Part shown: positions 45,386 to 59,315 of the stretch, piece after piece
How positions within the stretch are numbered: position 1 is the first letter of the stretch
How the letters are laid out: each line of letters opens with the position of its first letter
Assembly: GCA_964016885.1 (NCBI GenBank)
Contig: OZ024742.1
Location: forward strand, 66,588,001-66,652,000
DNA: 64,000 nt
DNA from: Eledone cirrhosa
Lineage: Eukaryota
Direction: 5' to 3'
The notes under the pieces: model-generated
What the model saw: the letters and a program-made list of their open reading frames with translations, nothing else
What the model was told of the DNA's origin: nothing
Databases searched by the model: none
Position numbers and translations under genes: made by a program

Positions 45386-46034
45386 TACCTCATTTTACTA
45401 GTCTCAAGAACGCGTCTACACGACGTGAGAAAGAATCCCAAAAGGCGGAGGGGGAGATAGTCACGCGATATAACGGTCGAGAAACAGAGCTAAGCCTCTT
45501 ATAACCCCGAAGAAAATACCACGGAGGCGGAGGGGGTATTTATATCGAGGCCGTAGAAGAGGTGGTGAAGAAGGCGAGAAGTATGAGTAATGGAAGCTTT
45601 CCAGCTGTCCCCATACTTCAAAGATTGCTCGACCAGAGGGAGTTATTAACAATATATTTAGAAACACACAGATACATGCGGACACACACATATATACATG
45701 AATGCATCCGCACCCAACTGTGAGTTAAGGGTGCCAACTTCACCGATGTTGCTCAATGAATGACTGGGACAGACCAATTCAGTTGAACTAGACTGAACCA
45801 GTATCAGAGTTAAAAATAGATTATGAAGAGAGAAGAAACATTTAGATATAATTAGTAATAAAATGTATCATACCTAAACTGCTCCTAAATTCCTCGACTA
45901 CGTAGTTTAAGAGGGTTATAAGTGGCTTAGCTCTGTTTCTCGACCGTTATATCGCGTGACTATCTCCCCCTCCGCCTTTTGGGATTCTTTCTCACGTCGT
46001 GTAGACGCGTTCTTGAGACTAGTAAAATGAGGTA

Positions 46035-46124
46035 TCCTCTTGATAAGTCGGTAGACCTCGCAAGGACTCTATATCTTTATGATATATTGTTTTTGTTTAT
46101 GCCACGAAACTACGTAGTCGAGGA
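46035..46124 (+). ncRNA. HHR motif, U3-A8 core, extended helix II (second copy)
   Basis: Same as 45296-45385; palindromic ACUACGUAGU; GUC triplet; 5-bp helix I. Confidence 0.7.
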
Positions 46125-46357
46125 ATTTAGGAGCAGTTTAGGTATGATACATTTTATTACTAATTATATCTAAATGTTTCTTCTCTCTTCATAATGTATT
46201 TTTAACTCTGATACTGGTTCAGTCTAGTTCAACTGAATTGGCCTGTCCCAGTCATTCATTGAGCAACATCGGTGAAGTTGGCACCCTTAACTCACAGTTG
46301 GGTGCGGATGCATTCATGTATATATGTGTGTGTCCGCATGTATCTGTGTGTTTCTAA

Positions 46358-46414
<57 letters not shown>

Positions 46415-46415
46415 G

Positions 46416-46471
<56 letters not shown>

Positions 46472-46513
46472 CATGCATACATACATACATACATACATAC
46501 ATACATACATACA

Positions 46514-46591
<78 letters not shown>

Positions 46592-46592
<1 letters not shown>

Positions 46593-46797
46593 TTAGGAAC
46601 GAGTAGGAGCCCGACGGCTGAGCTCAAGCCGTTTCGACGGCTAATTCTGGACTAATTAGACAAGAATTAGCCGTCGAAACGGCTTGAGCTCAGCCGTCGG
46701 GGTCCTACTCGTTCCTATAACCCACTCTACTGCCCTAAGTATTGAGTACTTTGGTGCGTTATGGTCCACCTGGTTCCTTACCACATTTCCTTCGTTA
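46592..46797. mobile_element. Palindromic copy of the half-HHR repeat family
   Basis: Arms 46594-46649 and about 46661-46716; GAAA CGGC-ttgagctca-GCCG TC. Confidence 0.75.
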
Positions 46798-47442
46798 TAT
46801 ATATATATATATATACTATATTATATTTTGAGAATAAACTCTCAGTCGTTTACAATAATTAAGCTCCAGGAAAAGGGGCTTTTCCGAGCAGTTAAATGCA
46901 AAATTTTTGATGTGAGACGGCTAGTTTGGCCTGGCGACACACGTGTAGTCAGACCTGCAAAATTTTTGATGTGAGATTTACTAATTTTACTGCATTCCTG
47001 TTGATAAGCACAGAAGATTTGGATATTTCACTTTTTATTTCTATTCCATTTCGATTCTCTTTATTTTTCAATTCATATTCCACCGTTGCGAAACGGATTT
47101 AGGTTTCGAGGTTCAAATTCGTCTACGGAACGGGTTTGCATTTTGAAATTTAAGTCTGTCCAGGAATTATCGCCGTTGCCAATATAAGCTTGTCTTTATT
47201 GACTTATATCGAGACAGACAATTTGTATTAACTTTAATTAGTTTATTTCATTAGTAGCTAACTTTGTCTGTGACAATGTAAACACGTTTCGTGTTTATCA
47301 TATATTTTAATGTATATTTTAATGAATATATATATATATATATATATAGTATTAATTATACTATTTATGCTTATGTAAATACAAACGGTTTGGAGGAAAC
47401 AGCTGTAAGAACAATAATGTTTTCAACAGTTCTTTGATTCTT

Positions 47443-47500
<58 letters not shown>

Positions 47501-48027
47501 AATATATATATATATTCATTAGTTAAGCAAAAGAAGACCACAAATTTCACAAGGAAGACATTATTAAAAGATTGTCAACATATTTTAGTTTGATGTAAGG
47601 AATGTAGAGAATAATAATCATATTAATAATAATAATGTCCGTTTATAATTGTTTCGCTACTCCATATAATATTTCTGGATCAGATGACTATATATCATAA
47701 TTGATCTGGTTCAGTTGAAAATAATTAACATACTTAAAAAGAAAGAGTGGCTCATCGGAACTCAAAGGAATATAAATTAAAATAATGTTACATAATATAA
47801 TGTTCCATATATTGGTTTTTACTATGGTGCCTTTGTTGCATCAGCTGTCAGCCATAATCAAGCAGTATTCATCTGTCGAGGCTGCATTGTGTGAGATCTG
47901 CCTATGGGTAACAAGATGGCTGCCAAAGGGCATATTTACCTTACTAATTAGAGGGGGGTTTCAGGGGAAGTAACTTCTCGAGAGATTAGAGATTGTGTGT
48001 ATTTTATAAATATATATATATATATAC

Positions 48028-48061
<34 letters not shown>

Positions 48062-48086
48062 GTATATATAAAAATATATATATACG

Positions 48087-48126
<40 letters not shown>

Positions 48127-48207
48127 TATATATATACGTATATATAAATATATATATATACGTATATATATATAAATATATATATATATAAATATATTTA
48201 TATATAC

Positions 48208-48263
<56 letters not shown>

Positions 48264-48274
48264 GTATATGTACG

Positions 48275-48345
<71 letters not shown>

Positions 48346-48349
<4 letters not shown>

Positions 48350-51258
48350 ATAATAATAAATTTGAAGACTAAAATCCAAAGAGGGCTCGATAAGGATAAA
48401 TATATATCAAATATATAAGAACCGTAGAGCAAAAATTTATTAAAATAACAGATTAAAGTTTAAGCAAAAATCGCTGCTTTCACCCTTAACGGGATCTTCT
48501 GAAACTAACAAAGTCAATCTGTAAACGCAGAAGTGGATATTTCAAAAAACGTTGCAACCGGAGGAAGACAGGAAGACGATACTTTGGTTCGTGGAAACGT
48601 TCCCTTCACAAAACATACAGGTTATATATACTTACCTATCGAAATAAGTAATGGTATAAACATAACATATGATTAGCTACCACATCAAGACGTAAAATAT
48701 CCACGTATAGATCGTACTATCCGTTAGGGTATAATGTGGGCTGTAATACAGGAAAGTTTTGTGCAATTTATGTTTACAAGCCGAAATTGCTTCAGATTTT
48801 TTGTTTAAGATGTGGTCTGTGGCGTAGAGTATTTCCATGTCCTCAGCGGCGCAGAGGTCACATGGTTTTTTATTTCCGTTATACGATCTAGCTCTAGCTA
48901 GGATCTCCCAGTGTAACTTATATTGGGTGTGGTTGTCTTTTAGACTCCAGATATAAGCTGAAAGTGACGTCATATTCCTTATTAGAAGGTAACGAAAAGA
49001 ATGGGTATGCATGTAAAAACGCTGCTTGAATCTATTGGCGGTTAACCCTATGTAGGCCCTACGGGACGTTGGTGTTTCAACCTTACATTTTTAGACAATG
49101 TTACTAGATAGGCATTCCCCGGATAGGGGGCAATCAACCCGATTCCTAGAATTACAGTTAGTACTAACTACAGGGTTGCACGTGTTCCTACGGCTAGGTA
49201 GTTTAGCTAAATTTGAAGCTGTGATGTTATGTGCAAGGTTAGGTGTCGTAGAGTAAGAAATTTTAATAATATTTCTATTAAAAATTTTACTATCTTTATG
49301 TGTAGGGGGAAAATGATTCGTAATATGGGATAGAAAGATCTTAGCTAATGGTGTGGCCACCTTCATATTATATGGTGGGTTATACCATATAATGCGACGG
49401 AATCTATTTCTTCTAGGTCTATTCTCGTACTCTCTACATGCTACCTTATCGACAAATCCACTCCGAGCAAGAGCTTCATTGTAATAATTGGAATGGTCGT
49501 TGAAAATATGCTCGTTAGTAGATAGATGGGAAAGCCTCTACGAAACGTTTCTTACCAGGTTCTTGGTTATGCTGGCAGGATGGTTGGAATGCTTACTTAT
49601 GTAATTAAGCGTATCATTCGGCTTTCTATACGGATAATACAAGCCATTCGATAAATTGAGGGTAACGTCGAGGTAATTAACGATCGAGAGGTTGGCCTCA
49701 ACCTGTATAGAGAGGTTGAAGCCTTTAAAGAAGGCTGTGAGTTCTTTTCTTAACCTGTCGCAAGCACGAGGTCCAAACTTAGTCATGGTCAAAAGACCAC
49801 CATCACGGTACAAACAACCGCCGCGTTGGGGAATTCGTCCTTGATAGAGAAAAGAAGGAAAAGGCCGATAAGATCAGTAACCTCTTCAGAATCGCTGGCG
49901 CCCATACTCACGTCGAATGGGGTACTATTGGATTTTTTAATCCAAATAGAGTCGTCGAAATTAATCACCGAAATACGGGCATTGAGGATGACATCAACTT
50001 CGAAATCCTTAACCACTGTGAGTGTTTTAGCGAAATTGATAGCTCTAAGGAGAAGTGGTAAAGTGATGGAGGAGTAGTAATTATTGATGTCGAATGGCAA
50101 TATTCCTTGTTGCATATGCCGTTGAACCAATCAATCACCGCGAAAGAATTGTTCCACAGTGCAAGAGAAGCCAAACTTCTAATTTCAGGTATAATTCTAT
50201 CAAGAATCCTTTTACTAAGTCTACCTAAATCGGACTTCGTTTGGTTAATAAGCCGAATAGAGGGGTTGTTCGGAAAATTGGATTTGTGATCCTTCAAGGT
50301 AAAGTGGGGAGAAATAGGGTCCAGTGGTTCTGTCCGGTCCAGGATGTTGAGATCAGAGGTGATTTTAAACCCAGCATCGTTGATTTCATTGATGACGCAC
50401 CGATTAGTTTTACGGTAATCCTTAGTCACAGCATTATGTAGTAGTTGCTGGTAAGTACTGCGCTCCACTTGGTATAGGTTGCCAGTTTTGTCGGAATGGA
50501 CGTGCACGGCATTAGAATCCTTAATAGAACGAATTCTATTCTTCAGGTCCTGCTGGAAGGAATTGCTCCTATTCCAAATTTTGATACTCTGTATGAGTTC
50601 CAAGACATAATTTTCAAAGGGTAGCAATGCTGGGTTACACGGAGGGTTATTATAGGTTTTAAACCCAAATGTATCCTGTTTGTGGTCAGCTTTTTGCGAA
50701 TTATCGAATTATTACGAAGCATTTTCCTCCTAAACATAAATATAGTAATGTTTTTAATAGAAATACTATTAAAATTTCTTACTCTACGACTCCTAACCTT
50801 GCACATAACATCACAGCTTCAAAATTAGATAAACTACCTAGCCGTAGGAACAAGTGCAACCCTGTAGTTAGTAATAACTGTAATTGTAGGAATCGGGTTG
50901 ATTGCCCCCTATCCGGGAAATGCCTATCTAGTAACATTGTCTACAAATGTAAGGTTGAAACACACACGTCACGTAGGGCCTACATAGGGTTAACCGCCAA
51001 TAGATTCAAGCAGCGTCTTTACATGCATACCCATTCTTTTCGTTACCCTCTAAGAAGGAATATGACGTCACTTTCAGCTTATATCTGGAGTCTAAAAGAC
51101 AACCACACCCAATATAAGTTACACTGGGAGATCCTAGCTAGAGCTAGATCGTATAATGGAAATAAAAGACCATGTGACCTCTGCGCCGCTGAGGCCCTGG
51201 ATACTCTACGCCACAGACCAGATCTTAAACAAAAAATCTGAGGCAATTTCGGCTTGTC
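48346..51258 (-). mobile_element. Naiad-like PLE (frameshifted RT plus GIY-YIG) with inverted duplicate of the endonuclease region (50708-51258, plus)
   Basis: DKTGNLY, TLKDHK.NF.NNPSIRLIN, FDINNYYSSI, FDVSMGA, YRDG, VNYLDVTLNL, IWY.PPY, NCNCR..CPL..C, YIG. Confidence 0.92.
48457..48506 (-). ncRNA. HHR-like motif with CAGAAGA core
   Basis: aguuu CAGAAGA u-ccc-guuaa-ggg-u GAAA GCA-gcgauuuu-UGC UU aaacu. Confidence 0.6.
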
Positions 51259-51741
51259 TTGGCAAGCTATTTAGAACACTGTTTTAACCGCTTTACTTCC
51301 CTCCGAAGAAGAGATATTATCTCGAAAATTAAGGACATTTAAATAAATCTAAGGTAAAAGACTAATTGTCAACAATATCTTTTACATTTGCATTATTTAT
51401 TCTATGTCCATACCAGCATTGTTTTGGCTTTATTATACACATACAAACGTTTATACCTCATTACACAATGCTTCAAATGAACTATAACTTCCTCCATATA
51501 TATATATAATTATAACGAAGGAGTTGTGGTAAGGAACCAGATGGTCCTGATGGTCTAGAAATACCCGTCGAAACGGCTTGAGCTCTGCGTCGGGGTCATA
51601 CATTTTCATATATATATATATATATTGGAGGAGGATGTTTTATATCGTACATACATAGGACACGCCGAATGCATTTATTCTCTGCTTGATGTTTTTGTTT
51701 CACATATATCATTATGATATTAATTCTGACAGAAATATAAT

Positions 51742-51927
51742 TGTTTCTACTTTTGGCACAAGGCCAGCAAATACCCAGTACATTACTGGTACTTTATTTT
51801 ATCGACCCCGTAAGGACGAAAGGCAAAGTTAACCTCGGCGGGATTTGAACTGAGAATGGCAAGGGCCGTAACTCTATACGTCAAAGCATGGCGTCCGACC
51901 CTCTACCGATACTGCCAATCCACCGCC
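51742..51927 (-). mobile_element. SINE family 1 with 16-bp TSD
   Basis: CTGACAGAAATATAAT at 51726-51741 and 51928-51943. Confidence 0.92.
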
Positions 51928-52322
51928 CTGACAGAAATATAATATGCATATTTTTTGCAATGAGAACAGCAAAACATGACACAAATGAACATAAGCAAAT
52001 GACCCGTAAGCTCACATATCAATTGAATAATATAATATTTTGTATAATTATTTATTTGTTTATGTAATAGTTTAACTGATGTCGAATGCAGCCCCTAGAT
52101 ACAGTTCTCTAACAATTGAATCCAGGGCATGCAATATTTATATGTATATAAAAAATAATGCTCTCTCTCTCTCAACTTTATATTTCCCTTTCGTTAAAAT
52201 TTAAATTTCATTTTTAAAATAAACAAATTGCTGCAAATATGCTTTTAAGGCTATAAAATTATCAGAGGATCACATCACTCACCCTATTATTATCTATTTA
52301 TATTAAGAGGTTAAAACTAATT

Positions 52323-52513
52323 AATTGTTTCTACTTTTGGCACAATGCCAGCAATACTCCAAGTGTATTACTGGCTATTTCTTTTATCGACCCCGTAATA
52401 ATGAGAGGCAAAGTAAACCTCGGCGGGATTTGAACTCATACCGTAAAGGGCCGTAATTCTTTGCTGCAGAGCATGGCGTCCGACCCTCTACTGATACTGC
52501 TAGTCCATCGCCC
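52323..52513 (-). mobile_element. SINE family 1
   Basis: Full-length reverse copy. Confidence 0.85.
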
Positions 52514-53884
52514 ATTATATAATGACGTATTAAAGTAGTCCTAGAGATACACTGCCGTCTACAAGCATACTGGCTAACGTCCCAATATACAGATATTAAA
52601 TTGACAAAAGTTTTATTTCAAATTTGAGGAATTCTCTACAATTTAGGTAACCGCTGCAAATTTGATTGGTCTGAGAATCGAAACTATTTTACTGTGTAAT
52701 TTATTTCTAACATCTAATAATATTAATGACTTAAAACCTAACTATAACTTTTGATGTGTGATGATATCTAGAAACAAACCGGATGCCCTTCTTACACATT
52801 CACAGATATTAAACAAACTGGCGACATCTCAAATAACAATTAACTTTCAGACAGAACACTCCATTTCTATTAGAGTCTGGTTTCATAGTATTGCACTTAA
52901 GAACGATTTTAATGTGATTCTCTGAACTGTTACGCTTGAGTAATTTCTGGTTGATCAAGCTTTGATCAAATGACCGTGAAAGTCTATACTACACACACAG
53001 TTTCATATTCATCAACATTGTGACCAACTCAAAAATATGTTACTTCTTCTTTCAGAGGTAAATGAATTACTAATGATATTGGGGCAGTGATTTAATTGTC
53101 TCGTATAAAATGTTGAAATAGAAGATTCCCTGTAATCTAATGCCTATATATCGGTTCGAATTGGTGAAAGGTTACAATATGACGGTGGAATCCTCCTACT
53201 TATATATAGCCACTGACATAAAATGTCTGTTATTGTTGTGTGTGTGTCATAAATATATTTGTATAAATATATATCTGCTCCAACCTGTATAAATATATAT
53301 TCATATCTAATATGTAAGAATGTAAACATTCCAAAAAATATAAATTTCCCTGTAAAGGGAAGAAATGATTAATACATTTAGTCCATTTTCGGATCTAATT
53401 GGATACATATAGGAAGACTCGTATATGTTCCAATCAACTATAATGAAAACATGTTTTTGATGGGTATATATATACCCATTCGCTTCAATCTTAGTATTAT
53501 TCTGAAATGGAAATAGAGATTTGCATATCGTTAGCGCTCGGGTGGTAATTAATTAAGATATTTGGACAGTAATCGAGAGGGTGTAAGGATAAAGAAAAAT
53601 ATAAGAAGATAAACAGAAAGTAAAAAGGGTGAGCGTTGGGATAAAAGAAAATTATAGAAAGTGGCTGAAGAACCTGGGAGTAATCAGGTGAAACTGCAGA
53701 GTAATATGACTCATCACGAAGCCATAATACACATACATAGATATGCACGCAAATCCAAACACACACGCACACACGCATGTATATATATATAAATATATAT
53801 GGATATATATATAAGAAAATGAGTTTTTTTGTATGAAAAGAAAACGAGATGCAACTGGAGTCTTTTGAAGAATATTTATTTGTT

Positions 53885-53924
53885 TCCTTTACCGGTTTCA
53901 CACTTCTTATGCTTTTCAAAAGTA
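53885..53924 (-). ncRNA. HHR motif, U3-A8 core variant
   Basis: cuu UUGAAAA gcau-aagaa-gugu GAAA CCGG UA aag. Confidence 0.7.
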
Positions 53925-53998
53925 AAATTGATGGAGGGTTTGTGGTTTTTTTCGCATATTTATACACACACACGCGCACATACACATATATATATATA

Positions 53999-54362
<364 letters not shown>

Positions 54363-54384
54363 TTATATATATATATATATATAA

Positions 54385-55740
54385 ATGAAAACTTAGCATA
54401 CATCAACATGACTCAAACCACCCACTAACCATACTTAAATCCATTCCACGCAGCATATCCCTTAGGATCTCCCGCCGCTCGTCTAACCGACAAATCTTCG
54501 AGGAACATGCAGAATACTACAATAACGCATTAGACAAGGCAGGCCACTTAGATAGACTAAAATATGAAAGCCTCCGCAAAGCGCACACGAACACGCATAA
54601 CATAAACTCCAGAAACACACGCACTTACGCATAGAACTACAAAGTATACGGTAAATAGAAATACAACATTGAAATCAAACAAGTCACGCAGTAGAAAATA
54701 TATTTGGTATAACCCCATATTTATCACCTCTATTAGTACTAACCTACCCTCTACCTTCTTTAGAATAATAAATAAGCACTTTCCAGATTCACATAGATAC
54801 AGCAAAATCCTTAACACTAAATCTATTAGACTATCTTACTCCACGGCACCAAATATAGAGGCACACATTAAGATGCTTAACGCTAAAAATATGCATAACA
54901 ACACCAGAACACAAACTTACAACAATAACAATACAATCACCATTGAACACAACAGAATATCTAATACACAACCACCCACTAATAGGCAAACAAAACGTAA
55001 CACACTTGTACAGACATCGCAGCCCCCCAATAATGCCAAAGTTGCCCATGACAAGAATTGTAACTGCCACCTACCTGAAACCTGTCGATTACATAATGAA
55101 TGTATGCAGTCTAACCTGGTTTACCAATGCACAGTGGAATCAGACAACCAGAAATGGTATTACATCGGAGCCACTGGGAATACATTTAAAGCCCGTTACG
55201 CAATGAAGCATTCCCAGCATCGTTATGTAACTACCCTTGCAAACAAGACCTGGCAACTGAGGGAAAGTAACCATCAATACACCCTGAAGTGGAAAAAATT
55301 ATCGAACGCGCCCCATATCGGAGTGATATGAGAAACTGTCGATTATGTGACCTTGAGCTGTTCCACAATTTGAGTTTGAAGAATAAGTTACTCAACAATA
55401 ACATCGAAAATCAATTTATTGTAACCATAGACTCAAAGAAAATCTTTCGCACTACAAGTGCAAATCGAACCCTTAACCTCTTACTACCAACTGACAAACT
55501 GCATATACTTAGACTTTATACCCTCTTATTGTATCTAAACCCTTTTATTACACACAAAAACCAAATCCTATATCCCTCCCTTCTCCTTCATTCCTTTTCT
55601 ATTTCTTCGTTTTCTTCCTTCCTTCCCTCCCCTTTTTGGCTATGTTTTCTTTTTTTCTTTGTCCCCTCTTCTTTGCTTTTATTTTTGTCATTGTTATCTT
55701 TATCTTTATTTTTTATATACATATTTATCTCTTTATATCT

Positions 55741-55776
<36 letters not shown>

Positions 55777-56340
55777 CCTCCCACTATGATCAATTTAATT
55801 CTCTTTAACTCACTACATTTGACGACATGAAGACTACATATCAAAACTGATCAAGGAATCATTCCACCTCTACCCCTCCCTCCATCTAAGTTTGTCACTA
55901 CTTCCTAACTCTTCTCCCCCTTCCTCTCTCTCTATACTATTCCGTTTGTCCACTGACCTTCTAATTCCTCTTCCTCTCTCTTTATACTAGTAAATATAAT
56001 TTAAAAAAAATGTTTTTCTCTATATATTAAGAACTATTTCAAGAGTAACTCACTCACTATTTTGAAAATTTGGACGTGAACAACAATTATAATTGAGGGG
56101 CTGCAGTATAGCAATATAAGGTTTCACTTACCAATGAAACGGTCGTAAATACCTGGATAAAATCCTTCTCTTAATGCCTACCTCTGTTTTCTCTTTTATA
56201 CTTTATACTCCAAGTTTGAACGGAATTCTTACAAACTTGTGGAGATACCCCTAACCGTCCGTTGAAACCGTCCATGAAACTGGCTTTCTTAACCACGAAC
56301 TGGATCACAATAAACAATTTTCTGCTTCCCTAACTATATA
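54385..56340 (+). mobile_element. 5'-truncated Naiad-like PLE (RT thumb, GIY-YIG, long 3' UTR)
   Basis: SNHP..IL..IP, IWYNP, IRLSYS, NCNC..C.L...C..NLVYQC, YIG..FKARY, CRLC; 3' boundary approximate. Confidence 0.8.
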
Positions 56341-56449
56341 TATATATATAGAATTCAATATACTAATAAATGGAAACTATATTTATAAAACCATAATTAT
56401 TTTATTATATATATTTCAAGGACAACCAAGGCATTCTTGGTGCGCTTTC

Positions 56450-56499
<50 letters not shown>

Positions 56500-56505
<6 letters not shown>

Positions 56506-58990
56506 GCAGAAGTTATATTTAATTTGTTGGGATTCCTGCTTCCAGTAGCCGGGTCCCTGTCTATGGGTTCTGTCAAGGTTGACTAAGCAGGTCACTAGTT
56601 TGTGATCTGAATAGGCAACTATGAACATGTGGACAGCTTAACATGTCCCTATCGCTAAATCTAACGTCCACAGAGGCACAGTTGGAAAATCTAGTCGATA
56701 TCTATCAGCCAGTTGAAATCGGCCGATTAACTGTTTGAGGCCGTTACACCCCCTCTATCGGGACATGCTCCCACATAGTCCCAACGTGCATCTGGCATTC
56801 CATTCCAGTCCCCCACTAACAGCAGGGAGCGGGACGTTCCCAGAAAAGTCTCTAGGCGTTTGAAGAAGTCTGGCCGTGGTGTCCCGTATGGGGCATATGC
56901 GGCCACATGCCTGAACGCTCCACCTTCTCTACCGTCAACGTCTAGGACCACCAGTCGACCCTCCGCGTCGAGATGAACTGTCTGCATTACGAGGTCTAGG
57001 TATACACGCAGCAAAACGGCAAACTCACTCTCACCTCCCGGGTGATAGAGAGATGCGTAGATCTCAAAGTCGTCGAAGATGAGGCCCAGTTGTCGCTCGC
57101 TGTGGATCCTGGACTCGCAAATGGCTACTACATCCATACTGTGCGACTTGAGGGGGTTTAAGAGTTTTCCCTGTTTGCAGGGCATCCCCAGGCCGCGTAC
57201 ATTCACACATCCAACTCTTATATTGGCCATGTTGGTGCTGAAAAGTTAAACGAAGAGGAAAAGAAATCACTCACCTCTTTCTCTCCTGGGGACCAGGCTG
57301 CACAATTTCTATGGGGGTGTTGGAGGGGTTGTTTGGTGGGGTGGTGATCTCTGGCGGGGTGGGGGCGGAGATGTTTGGTGGGGAGGAGGTGTCAGATGGG
57401 GCGGGGGTGTATGGGGTGGGGGTGGGGAAACATTTCAAAAGGACGCGGTTATAGGGTTTGACGCAGGGGTTACCTACGTCGTTAGGAAATTTTTCTTTTA
57501 ACTGTTTATGTGTGTCCATGGAGATGCTAATCATTTTAAGATTAGGATTCTCCGAAGAGTGTGTAAAAGTTTTCCCTTCGATCTCCACGGAATGGTTTTT
57601 ATATATGTTGTCTGTTAAAGTTTTATTGTTAGTATTTATGTAGGTGTAACATTTTTGTTGTGTTGTGTCGCTTTTTGTCTGTGGTTCTTGTGTGTGTTTA
57701 CGTTTTGTATTAGGTGTTTTGTTTCCAGGAGTGGGTGTTATTTTTTGTGCTGTTTGCGTCGCTTGTGTTTGTGTTTGTGTATTTGTTGCATTTTTGTTTG
57801 TGTTATGTCTTTTCTTTTTTCCTTTTACTGGTCGGAAAGGATCTCCCTCATCGTCACTGGGTGACGATGATGAGGCCTCATCATCGTCACCCAGTCACGA
57901 TGATGAGGCCCCGTGTTGTTGGGGAGGGGTATATTTTGGGGTGCTGTTATGTGTGTGAGTGTTTTCTGGAGTTGTTTTAGGTGGGGAGGGGTTGGGTGTG
58001 ACTGTGTGTGTCGTATTTGTTTTGTCACTATTTTTTTATGTAGTTGTTGTTGTTGTGGTGGTAGTGGTGATTGTTGTGCTGGTGTGCAGGTATTTGCAGT
58101 AATGTCTTTTTGGGGCTGGTTAGCCGAGGACAGGAAGCTCTCAGGTGACGCCTGCTTAGGAAATGGTAACATGAGGGCCGCCTACCCTCGACTGAAATGT
58201 TTATGTATATAAGCCCATCCAGCAGCACACGTTCCGGGATCCTAGCTATTCGTTCTGGTGTCATTTGGACCAGAATTTCCAGGCTAGTTCCGTTGAACAG
58301 GTCGCCGGAGGACCTATCTACCGATATTATTGAGTCTTGTTCGAGGTTTAAAAATCCACATAGTACCCACCAAATATCAATATTTGGTGTGATACTGTGG
58401 GATTTTTATTTTCTGTGTGGTGAACAACGGTGACACAATTGGCGACACAGAATATTTCTGTGCCGTCAGTTGGTCTTTCATCAGAATGGATAAACTCCCG
58501 TAGAGTCTACCCTTCTGAATGAATGCAATGTCTTTTAAGGCATCTTCTAAAACCAACTCAATTTCGCCTTGTGGAAGTTGAGTCGGTTTTCGGGTTCTGT
58601 TTGAGACTGTCCTGAAAACCACAGGTTTTAAAGCAGCTTCTCTTCGCAAATCTAGGGGAGAATTTATGGAGAAGGATCCGTCTCCCCAAAAGTTACGTAC
58701 TGTCTGGCGTTATTCAAAAGCTCATTTGCATTTGAAATATCTACCGGAGTGTAGCTTACCGTTTTCTTTACGGTTTGCGCAAACGATATTTTGTCGTTTA
58801 CTTCCTTGTTGCAGTTATTGGTCTTGTTGTTGTTGTTGGTGTTGTTTTTATCGTTCATAGCATTGTTGTTGTTGTTGTTGCTGGTGCCACTGGTTGGGTT
58901 GTTTTTGTTCATTGTTTCCACTTTTTGTTTTGGTTTGTTACCATGGCAACGTCAAGTTGTCGGTCAGCAGGTGGAGAAAATCCTTACTCT
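56500..58990 (-). mobile_element. L1/Tx1-clade LINE 5' portion: decayed ORF1 and APE endonuclease
   Basis: ORF 56727-57230 NVRGL, ICES, EGR, YAP, GDWN, with SDH after a frameshift; upstream ORF1 fragments 57271-58921. Confidence 0.85.
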
Positions 58991-59315
58991 TGCTGACCTT
59001 TATCTTTGACATCTGCTACTATGACAGTGATAAGGGGAAGCTGTATGCATACATTTCCTCCTTCGAATGTTGGTGAAGACGTTTCAGGCATTTCTTTTTT
59101 AAATGTTAGTTTTTTCAAAAAAATCTTTATGAACTATTTCGCCTAAAGGCCTAGAATATTTTGAGAGATTGACTAGATCAACATTTGACCTGGCAGTCCC
59201 TCTACGAATTGGTATAAAAATGAAGGTTCACAGTTAAGAGTTTCTATAAAAATTTAGGCAGAACTTACCCAGCAAGTTTCACGCGTGTGTCCCATCCCAG
59301 AGATAGATAGATAGA

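Larger units (their letters stand above)
45226..46354. mobile_element. 595-bp non-coding HHR-bearing unit with 88-bp terminal redundancy (minus) plus inverted partial copy (plus)
   Basis: 45226-45313 repeats at 45821-45908; 45915-46354 is reverse complementary to two parts of the unit; flanked by (TA)n. Confidence 0.75.

Noticed and set aside
46898-46976. 21-bp direct repeat around ~40 bp
   Set aside because: Single small duplication or insertion with no further support
47396-47410. GAAACAGCTGTA palindromic helix III remnant (similar GAAACGGTCGTA at about 56136)
   Set aside because: No upstream core found
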